A DNA stretch of 64,000 nucleotides from positions 11,173-75,172 of the forward strand of contig JBDKRC010000302.1 in NCBI GenBank assembly GCA_039683575.1, written 5' to 3'. A model generated the notes under the pieces. It was not told where the DNA came from, made no database searches, and saw only the letters and a program-made list of their open reading frames with translations. Position numbers and translations under genes: made by a program. Source of the DNA: Armatimonadia bacterium. GTDB lineage: Bacteria; Armatimonadota; Zipacnadia; Zipacnadales; UBA11051. Of the stretch, positions 38,362 to 45,955 are shown piece by piece. Within the stretch, counting starts at the first letter, position 1; each line of letters begins with the position of its first letter.

Positions 38362-40371
38362 CTACGCCGTGACCTTGGCGAGTTCCTCCTTGACGACACT
38401 CATGACCTTTTCCAGGTCCGTGCGCTCCAGGATTTGCTCCCCAACGCGGGCCACTGGGCCGCGGTCGCAGCGTTCGAAGCAGAAGGTGGCCTTAACGTCC
38501 ACCGTGTCGGCCAGCCCCTCGTCCTCCAGGCGATGGATGAGCGCCCGCAGGAGGTCCTGGCTGCCGCGCAGATAGCAGCTTGTGCCGACGCAGACATTGA
38601 CCTGCAGCTTATGTTGCTGTCCGCTCACCAGTTCCAGATTCTCGTCGGTGATGCGGCGGCGGCTGTGGTAACCGGTGTGCAGCAGTTCGTGAGCCTTGTG
38701 GCCACCGACCTCGCCCAGCGTGGTCTTGTAGGCTTCCTGAACATAGGGGTTCTCCTGCGCCTTGTGCAGTTGCAGGGTCTTGTCGGCCTCGTACAGGCCC
38801 GCGGCGCGCCGCTTCTTGACGTCCGGCTCGAAGGACACTGGCTGTCCCGCGCCGCCGATGCAGCCACCGGGGCAGGCCATGACCTCGATCAGGTCATAAT
38901 TGATCTCGCCGGCCTTGATCTTCTCGGCCACCGCGCGGGCGTTGGCGAGACCATTCACTATCGCGATGCGGATTTCCTTGTCATTGACCGTCACGCTCGC
39001 CTCGCGCAGGCCCTCCATCCCGCGGACTTCGTGGAAGTCCACGGCGTCGAGCTTGACTCCGCCCAGCTTCTCAGCGGCGAGACGCAGGACGGCTTCAGTG
39101 ACACCACCGGAGACCCCGAAGATGACGCCAGCGCCGGTCTTGAAACCAAGCGGCAGGTCGAGTGACTCGGGTTGGAGGCGGTTGAACTTCAGGCCTGCCT
39201 CATCGATCATGTGGGCTAGTTCCTGGGTCGTGAGGACATAGTCCACGTCGCGCACGCCCTCGTGCTCGAACTCAGACCGCTTCGCCTCGAATTTCTTGGC
39301 GGTGCAGGGCATGATCGAGACGATGACGAGGTTCTCGTTAGAGACCCCGAGTTGGGCAGGAAGCACTTCACGGCCGATTGAGCCGAACATCTGCTGAGGC
39401 GACTTGCAGGACGACAGGTTGGGCAGCAGCTCAGGATAGTACTGCTCGGCGAACTTGACCCAGCCGGGGCAGCAGGACGTGAACTGTGGCAGGCGCTCCC
39501 CACGCTCGACGCGCTGCAGGAACTCCGCGCCCTCCTCGATCACAGTCAGGTCAGCCGCGAAACAGGTATCGAAGACCTTGTCAAAACCGATGGCCTTGAG
39601 GGCGGCCACGATCTGCCCGGTGGTGACAACCCCTGGCTCAAGCCCGAAGGCCTCGCCAAGCGCCACTCGGACGGCCGGCGCGATCTGGGCTACGACCTTC
39701 TTGTCCGGATTGTGCAGCACCTGCCAGACTTCCTCAACGTCCGACTTGGGCGTGATGGCGCCGGTGGGGCAGACGCTGGCACACTGGCCGCAGTTGACGC
39801 ACTCGACCTGCGCGAGGTCCTTGTCAAAGGCAGGGGCTACCTGCACATCGGCACCGCGGTGGGTGAAGTCAATCGCTCCGATGCCCTGAACCTCAGAGCA
39901 CATCCGCACGCAGTCACCGCAAAGGACGCACTTGTTCGGATCGCGCACCAGCGAAGGCGACGACGTGTCCAGTGCGGAGGGCTTCAGCGAGGGCTTAAAG
40001 CGCACCTCGCTCACGCCGAGACGCCGGGAGATGCTCTGCAGCTTGCAGCTTCCACTCTTGGGGCAAGTAGCGCACTGCTGTTCGTGATTGGCCAGCAAGA
40101 GCTCAACCGCGATCTTGCGGATCTCACGGATCTTCTCGGTATTGGTCTTCACCTTCATGCCGGGCTCCGGGGCAGTCGAGCAGGAGGTGACGATGCCTCG
40201 ACCCTCGATCTCCACCAGACAGAGCCGGCAGGCGCCGTAGACGCTCAAGTCGGAGTGGTAGCAGAAGGTGGGTATCTCTATGTTGGCCTTGCGGGCGAGT
40301 TCGAGAATATTGGGTTCACCCTCGATGGGTACTTCGCGCCCGTCTATGGTAACAAAATCGCCGTTTATCAT
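38362..40371 (-). CDS. hydA: [FeFe]-hydrogenase catalytic subunit, group A3 (bifurcating), with C-terminal thioredoxin-like [2Fe-2S] domain
   Basis: FTSCCPGW, MPCTAKKFE, EVMACPGGCIGGAGQP; [2Fe-2S], His-ligated and 2x[4Fe-4S] motifs; CVGTSC..CFERC tail. Confidence 0.95.
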   Translation of the reverse strand: MINGDFVTIDGREVPIEGEPNILELARKANIEIPTFCYHSDLSVYGACRLCLVEIEGRGIVTSCSTAPEPGMKVKTNTEKIREIRKIAVELLLANHEQQCATCPKSGSCKLQSISRRLGVSEVRFKPSLKPSALDTSSPSLVRDPNKCVLCGDCVRMCSEVQGIGAIDFTHRGADVQVAPAFDKDLAQVECVNCGQCASVCPTGAITPKSDVEEVWQVLHNPDKKVVAQIAPAVRVALGEAFGLEPGVVTTGQIVAALKAIGFDKVFDTCFAADLTVIEEGAEFLQRVERGERLPQFTSCCPGWVKFAEQYYPELLPNLSSCKSPQQMFGSIGREVLPAQLGVSNENLVIVSIMPCTAKKFEAKRSEFEHEGVRDVDYVLTTQELAHMIDEAGLKFNRLQPESLDLPLGFKTGAGVIFGVSGGVTEAVLRLAAEKLGGVKLDAVDFHEVRGMEGLREASVTVNDKEIRIAIVNGLANARAVAEKIKAGEINYDLIEVMACPGGCIGGAGQPVSFEPDVKKRRAAGLYEADKTLQLHKAQENPYVQEAYKTTLGEVGGHKAHELLHTGYHSRRRITDENLELVSGQQHKLQVNVCVGTSCYLRGSQDLLRALIHRLEDEGLADTVDVKATFCFERCDRGPVARVGEQILERTDLEKVMSVVKEELAKVTA

Positions 40372-40393
40372 TGCCTTGCTCCGTGTTGTTCGG

Positions 40394-40489
40394 TCGGAGG
40401 GGCCGAGCTTTAGCCGGCCCTGTCGTTATCTGCGATACGCTTCATGTTCGCCATCCACCCCAGGGCCGGCTGAAGCTCGGCCCCTCCGA
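40394..40489. repeat. GGAG-type REP-like inverted repeat
   Basis: TCGGAGGGGCCGAGCTTTAGCCGGCCCTG...CAGGGCCGGCTGAAGCTCGGCCCCTCCGA, about 29-bp arms with one mismatch. Confidence 0.8.
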
Positions 40490-40500
40490 AGACCCCCGAG

Positions 40501-42414
40501 CTAGCCGACCCCGCTCACTGCGCCGAACTTGCAGCTTCTGGCGCACTCGCCGCACTTGATGCATAGCTCTTCATTGATGGTGTGCGGGCCCTTCTTCTCG
40601 CCAGTGATGGCGTTAACGGGGCACTTGCGCGCACACAGACCGCAACCCTTGCACTTCTCGGGGTCGATCATCGGTGCGACGAGGGCGCTGCACTGCCCCG
40701 CGGGACAGCGCTTCTGGAAGACATGCGCCTCATACTCGGGCCTGAAGTAACGCAGCGTCGAGAGCACCGGGTTGGGCGCTGTCTTGCCCAGGCCGCACAG
40801 CGAGCCGATCTGCACCGCGCCCGCGAGTTTCTCGAGCAGTTCCAGCGTTCCCGCGTCCGCGCGGCCGTTGATGATGTCATCGAGCAGCGCCAGCATCTGC
40901 TTGGTGCCCTCGCGGCACAGCACGCACTTGCCGCAGCTCTCATTCTGGGTGAACCGCATGAAGTAATGCGCAATGTTGACCATGCAGGTCTGCTTGTTCA
41001 TTACCACGAGCCCGCCGGACCCGACCATGGCGCCGACGCCCCGGAGGCTATCGAAGTCCAGCGGTAGGTCCAGGTGCTCTTCGGTGAGACAGCCACCCGA
41101 CGGACCGCCGATCTGGACGGCCTTGAAGGGCTCCCCGGTGATGCGGCCCTGCGCGTCAATCACGCCGCCGCCGATGTTGTATACAATCTCCCGCAGCGTC
41201 GTCCCGAAGGGGACCTCAATCAGACCGGTGTTGGCCACATGGCCAGTGAGGGCGAAAGTCTTGGTGCCGGGCGACTTCTCAGTGCCACGCCGCCGGAACT
41301 CTGCCGCTCCCATGCGCATGATCAGCGGCACGGTTGCGAGGGTCTCGACGTTGTTGATGACCGTCGGCTGGCCGCAGAGGCCCTTTTGGGCCGGGAACGG
41401 CGGCTTGGGGGTCGGCATGCCGCGCTTGCCCTCGATGGAAGCGATCAGCGCGGTCTCTTCACCGCATACGAACGCGCCGGCTCCCTCCATGACCTGCAAC
41501 TTGAGGTTGTGGCCGGACCCGAAGATGTCCTCGCCGAGGACTCCCATGGCCTCGGCGTCGGCAATGGCCTTACGAACGCGATGTACGGCCAGAGGATACT
41601 CGGCGCGGACGTAGACATAGCCCTCATCCGCCTCAATGCCACGGGCGGCGATCATCATGCCCTCTAGCACGCTATGGGGGTTGCCCTCCATGACGCTGCG
41701 GTCCATGAACGCCCCGGGGTCGCCCTCGTCACCGTTGCAGATGACGTACTTCTTATCGCTCTTGTTGGCGAGGGTCAGTTGCCACTTCTTGCCAGTGGGG
41801 AAGCCACCGCCTCCACGTCCCCGCAATCCAGACACCAGGACTTCCTCGCACACGGCCGCCGGTGTCAGTTCCATGAAGGCCCGTCGGGCCGCTTCATAGC
41901 CGCCGTGGCCGATGTACTCGCGGATATCTTCCGGGTCAATGGCCCCGCATTCGGCCAGCACCGTCCGCGACTGCCGCTGGTAGAAGGGGATCTGGCCGGT
42001 GCCCTTGCAGTGGGTACCCTTCACCGGGTCCACGTACAGCAGCCGGTCCACGACTTCCCCGCCCTGCAGCGTCGTGCGGATGATCTCTTCCACGTCATCA
42101 GGCTTCACGCGCGTGTAGAGAATGTTATCGGGTAGAACTGTGACTAGCGGGCCCATCTGGCAAAAGCCCTGACAGCCGCTTTCGGAAACGAGAACCTCGC
42201 CCGCCGCGCCCTGCCCATCCTCATAGCGCAGCTCCGTGGTCACCGGCAGCCCCGCCTGCGCGATCTGCGCGAGGAAGGCCTCGTGTACCTTGAGAGAGCC
42301 ACTGGCGACGCAGCCGGTGCCAGCGCAGATGATCACACGGCGCTCCGTGGCCTCTATCGCCTGTTCGTAGTGCTTCTGGATATCCTGCAAATTCACTGTG
42401 GCCTGGGTAGTCAC
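40501..42414 (-). CDS. hydB: NADH/FMN-binding hydrogenase subunit (NuoF-like HydB)
   Basis: SGLRGRGGGGFPTG, CNGDEGDPGAFMDR, FVCGEETAL, ESCGKCVLCREG; C-terminal 2x[4Fe-4S]. Confidence 0.95.
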   Translation of the reverse strand: MTTQATVNLQDIQKHYEQAIEATERRVIICAGTGCVASGSLKVHEAFLAQIAQAGLPVTTELRYEDGQGAAGEVLVSESGCQGFCQMGPLVTVLPDNILYTRVKPDDVEEIIRTTLQGGEVVDRLLYVDPVKGTHCKGTGQIPFYQRQSRTVLAECGAIDPEDIREYIGHGGYEAARRAFMELTPAAVCEEVLVSGLRGRGGGGFPTGKKWQLTLANKSDKKYVICNGDEGDPGAFMDRSVMEGNPHSVLEGMMIAARGIEADEGYVYVRAEYPLAVHRVRKAIADAEAMGVLGEDIFGSGHNLKLQVMEGAGAFVCGEETALIASIEGKRGMPTPKPPFPAQKGLCGQPTVINNVETLATVPLIMRMGAAEFRRRGTEKSPGTKTFALTGHVANTGLIEVPFGTTLREIVYNIGGGVIDAQGRITGEPFKAVQIGGPSGGCLTEEHLDLPLDFDSLRGVGAMVGSGGLVVMNKQTCMVNIAHYFMRFTQNESCGKCVLCREGTKQMLALLDDIINGRADAGTLELLEKLAGAVQIGSLCGLGKTAPNPVLSTLRYFRPEYEAHVFQKRCPAGQCSALVAPMIDPEKCKGCGLCARKCPVNAITGEKKGPHTINEELCIKCGECARSCKFGAVSGVG

Positions 42415-42926
42415 TTGGTCTCCTTACCCTCCTCGCGACTGATGATCTCCTCGATGACGGCGAGCGCCTTGTCGGGGTCCATCAGCCCGTGAACATCGTC
42501 ATTTACAACCATTACCGGGGCAAGCCCACATGCGCCGAGACAGGCAACAGTCTCGACCGTGAAGAGCATGTCCCGCGTCGTCTTGCGGTTGGCGTCCAGC
42601 CCCAGCCGCCGCCTTACGGCGTCCAGAATGGGGACCGAGCCGCGGACATGGCACGCGGTGCCGTCGCACATGCGGACGACGTACTTACCCTTGGGCTCCA
42701 GCGAGAAGTGAGCGTAGAACGTAGCTACGCCGAACACGCGCGCCGGGGGGAGGCCGATGGACGTAGCCACATAGGTCAGCACTTCCTCGGGCAGGTAACG
42801 GTACTCGTCCTGCACGGCCTGCAGAATGGGGATGAGTTTCTGCGGGTCGCGGTCATACCGGTCAATGATCTCACAAACCTTTTCGAACTTGCGTACCTCG
42901 CAAGTCGCCTTCTCTGCGGCGGCCAT
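42411..42926 (-). CDS. hydC: [2Fe-2S] hydrogenase subunit (NuoE-like HydC)
   Basis: GVATFY, CDGTACHVRG, CLGACGLAPV; GGAGG RBS; GTGA overlap with hydB. Confidence 0.93.
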   Translation of the reverse strand: MAAAEKATCEVRKFEKVCEIIDRYDRDPQKLIPILQAVQDEYRYLPEEVLTYVATSIGLPPARVFGVATFYAHFSLEPKGKYVVRMCDGTACHVRGSVPILDAVRRRLGLDANRKTTRDMLFTVETVACLGACGLAPVMVVNDDVHGLMDPDKALAVIEEIISREEGKETK

Positions 42927-42960
42927 CGGTGATGCCTCCATAGTGGTACGTAACTCGAAC

Positions 42961-43617
42961 CTATTTCTGCTCTTCGCGGCGTACGGCGTCGGCCAGCTTG
43001 CTCGAAAGCACCGCAAGACTGCTCGCCAACTGCTGATTCTCTACTATGACGCTCGACGGGACCTTAAGGGACGCCGGCGCGAAGTTCCAAATCGCCTTGA
43101 TTCCGCCGTCGACCATCAGATCGGCCACCTGTTGAGCAGCGGCGGCTGGTGTGGTGATGATGCCGAGGTGGATGTGCATGCGCTGGGCGAGGTTGGATAG
43201 CTTCGACAGCGGCAGCACCTGCTTGCCATGCAGCTTCTGGCCAACCTTCCCCTCATCCACGTCAAAGGCGGCGATGATGTTCAGGCCGTGCTCTTTGAAG
43301 CCCTCATAGCCCAGCAAAGCGGTTCCGAGACTGCCCGCCCCGACCAGAAAAGCCTCTGTGACATTGTCCCATCCCAGAAACTGCTTGATCGCCTCGATCA
43401 GCGATGGCACCTCATAACCGACTTTGGGCTTGCCGGTGATGCCGGTGACGGCCAGATCCTTCCGAACCTGGGTGGGATCGAGCCCGAATTCATGGGCTAT
43501 GTGGGTGCAAGAGACGAGCGCCCGCCCCTCGTGGGCCAGCTCGGTCAGGAAGCGGTAGTATGATGGCAAGCGGCGTAGGGTCGGTTCGGGAGCGGCTTTG
43601 CTAACCTCGTTTCCCAT
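42961..43617 (-). CDS. rex: Redox-sensing transcriptional repressor Rex
   Basis: TLRRLPSY, QVRKDL, GKPKVGY, VGAGSLG, IWNFAP motifs; AAGGAG RBS. Confidence 0.93.
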   Translation of the reverse strand: MGNEVSKAAPEPTLRRLPSYYRFLTELAHEGRALVSCTHIAHEFGLDPTQVRKDLAVTGITGKPKVGYEVPSLIEAIKQFLGWDNVTEAFLVGAGSLGTALLGYEGFKEHGLNIIAAFDVDEGKVGQKLHGKQVLPLSKLSNLAQRMHIHLGIITTPAAAAQQVADLMVDGGIKAIWNFAPASLKVPSSVIVENQQLASSLAVLSSKLADAVRREEQK

Positions 43618-43641
43618 AGCGACGGACTCCTTCGACACCAA

Positions 43642-43730
43642 TCGAGAAATATCTATCGAGAAGATTGTCGCGATTATCATACCGCGCCATGGGGTGGTGT
43701 GTCAATCCCTTTAGAGAAGTTTTTCTCTAA
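43642..43730 (-). promoter_or_regulatory. rex-hyd operon promoter with Rex-like operators
   Basis: TTGACA(43705-43700)-N18-TATGAT(43681-43676); perfect palindrome TTAGAGAA-GTTT-TTCTCTAA at 43711-43730; weaker TCGAGAA-N4 sites at 43642 and 43656. Confidence 0.7.
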
Positions 43731-43797
43731 TATTTTCCGAGTGTGTGACGCAGCGGCCAAAGGAGGCATCCGCGGTGCAAAAAGAGAAGCAAAGACC

Positions 43798-44469
43798 ATG
43801 CTCAAACTCGCTCTTTTTGATCTCGCCGGCACCACTTTGCTCGACAACGACCTCATGGAGGGCGCTTTCCTGCGCGTCTTTCATGCCCGGAACATGCCCG
43901 TCCACGCTGAGGAAATACTACCCTTCCGTGGCTCAGCCAAGAGGCCGATTGCCGAGACCATGGTAAGCCGCTATCGCCCCGAGGGCGGTGAGGAGCTCAT
44001 CAGCGAGATCATGCACGGGTTTGAGCAGGGGCTGGAAGAGGGCCTGCGCGCCTCCGGACAGAGCATTCCGGGGACGGAGGAGACGTTTCGGTGGCTCCGA
44101 GAGCGGGGGATCAAGATCGGTGTGACGACGGGGTTCAGCCGCAAGATCAAGGACATCGTCATGGAGATGCTGGGGTGGGATGAGCGGCTGGTCGATGTGA
44201 CCGCCTGCAGCGACGAAGTCCCCGAGAGCCGCCCCGCCCCGTGGATGATTTTTGAGGCGATGCGACGTGCGGATGTCTACCCACCGTCAGCGGTTATGAC
44301 CGTGGGCGACACGCCGCGAGACCTGCAAGCCGGCACCAACGCAGGTTGCGGTTTCGTGGTGGGTGTCCTGAGTGGCAGCGGCACGGTCGAGACCCTGGGA
44401 CGAGAACGCCACACTCACCTGCTGGGGAGTGTGGCGGAGATTCCGGCGATGTTGGAGCGATACCTCTGA
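43798..44469 (+). CDS. HAD family hydrolase, phosphonatase-like
   Basis: FDLAGT (DxAGT as in the phosphonatase subfamily), TTGF, SRPAPWMI, VGDT..D. Confidence 0.8.
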   Translation: MLKLALFDLAGTTLLDNDLMEGAFLRVFHARNMPVHAEEILPFRGSAKRPIAETMVSRYRPEGGEELISEIMHGFEQGLEEGLRASGQSIPGTEETFRWLRERGIKIGVTTGFSRKIKDIVMEMLGWDERLVDVTACSDEVPESRPAPWMIFEAMRRADVYPPSAVMTVGDTPRDLQAGTNAGCGFVVGVLSGSGTVETLGRERHTHLLGSVAEIPAMLERYL

Positions 44470-45840
44470 TCACCAGGGATTGGCCAAATCCCCAACGTCC
44501 TTCCGCAACGCCTTGAGACGTCCCTGTAGCTCATTCACCACTCCGGCATACTCCGGCTGGCCGTACACGTTGTTCAACTCCAGCGGGTCCTTCTCCAGGT
44601 CAAACAGCTCCCACTCCTGCGGCCCCGGCACTGGCTCATAGTAGTAGATCAACTTATATCGCTGGCTGCGCAGGCCGTAGTGGGCATACACTCCGTGGCT
44701 CCCGTCGCAGTGCATGAAGTAGCGGTAGTAGAAGTCCTGCCGCCAGTCGTCCGGCGTCTGGCCCTGCCACAGCGGTCGGATGCTGCGGCCATCCATGTGC
44801 TCCGGCGTCGACAAGCCCGCGCAATCGAGGAAGGTCGGCGCGAAGTCATTGTTGATGGCGATGTCGCGGTTGACGCTGCCCGGGGCGATCTCACGCGGAT
44901 AGCGCACCACGAACGGCATCCGCAGCGACTCTTCATACATGAACCGCTTGTCATACCAGCCGTGGTCGCCCAGGAAGAACCCCTGGTCCGAGGTGTAGAT
45001 CACGATGGTGTTGTCCGTTAGCCCCGTCTCGTCCAGATAGTCTAGCAGCGTCCCCACGCTCTCATCCACTGCCGCCACGCAGCGCAGGTAGTCCTTGATG
45101 TACCGCTGGTACTTCCACTGCTTCAGCGCGTGCCCCTCAAGGCCTGGCGGAGGCGGCTCCTTGGTGTCGGCATCCTCAAGGTCCCGATCAATGCGCATCT
45201 TGGCCATCTTGGCGGCCTGAGACCGCGTCTCGTAGTCGTCATCGAAGGTCGGCGGCTCGGGCACATCGTCCTCAAACATCCCCATGTGGCGCTCGTGCGG
45301 CTGCCAGCGGCGGTGCGGCGCCTTGTGGTGGCACATCAGGCAGAACGGACGCTCCGCGTCACGTCCTCGCAGCCATTCAAGGCTCAGGTCGGTGATAATG
45401 TCGGTCACATACCCGTTGTAGACCTTGCGGTCACCCATCTCGATCATATCGGGATTGTGATACAGGCCCTGTCCGGGGAGTACGTTCCAGTAGTCAAACC
45501 CCGTCGGGTCGCTCACGCCACCGTGGCCGAGGTGCCACTTGCCAATTATCGCTGTCTGGTACCCGGACTGTTGTAGAAGCTGCGGGAAAGTGACCTGCCG
45601 CCCGTCGAAATCGTCGTCCAGCGTCTTCACGCCGTTGATATGGCTATAGGTGCCGGCCAGGATCGTGGCCCGGCTGGGCGCACAGATCGAGTTGGTGCAA
45701 AAGCAGTTGTCAAACCGCACGCCCTCGTTGGCAATGCGGTCCATGTTCGGTGTCTGGTTGATGCGGCTGCCATAGCAACTCATGGCATGGGCGGCGTGAT
45801 CGTCGCTCATGATGTAGAGGATGTTTGGTCGGTCACTCAT
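44470..45840 (-). CDS. Sulfatase (formylglycine-dependent, S1)
   Basis: PNILYIMSDDH, CAPSRA (CxPxR), GKWHLG, SDQG, DKRFMYEES. Confidence 0.93.
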   Translation of the reverse strand: MSDRPNILYIMSDDHAAHAMSCYGSRINQTPNMDRIANEGVRFDNCFCTNSICAPSRATILAGTYSHINGVKTLDDDFDGRQVTFPQLLQQSGYQTAIIGKWHLGHGGVSDPTGFDYWNVLPGQGLYHNPDMIEMGDRKVYNGYVTDIITDLSLEWLRGRDAERPFCLMCHHKAPHRRWQPHERHMGMFEDDVPEPPTFDDDYETRSQAAKMAKMRIDRDLEDADTKEPPPPGLEGHALKQWKYQRYIKDYLRCVAAVDESVGTLLDYLDETGLTDNTIVIYTSDQGFFLGDHGWYDKRFMYEESLRMPFVVRYPREIAPGSVNRDIAINNDFAPTFLDCAGLSTPEHMDGRSIRPLWQGQTPDDWRQDFYYRYFMHCDGSHGVYAHYGLRSQRYKLIYYYEPVPGPQEWELFDLEKDPLELNNVYGQPEYAGVVNELQGRLKALRKDVGDLANPW

Positions 45841-45955
45841 CGTGAAGCTCCGTTCGTGGACTCTTACCATTGGTTTCGCCGCCGGACAGGCAGGAGCCTA
45901 CCTTCAGAGAGCGAAAAGTGTCAAGGTTACCAATTTCCATGCGTAGGGATTGCTC

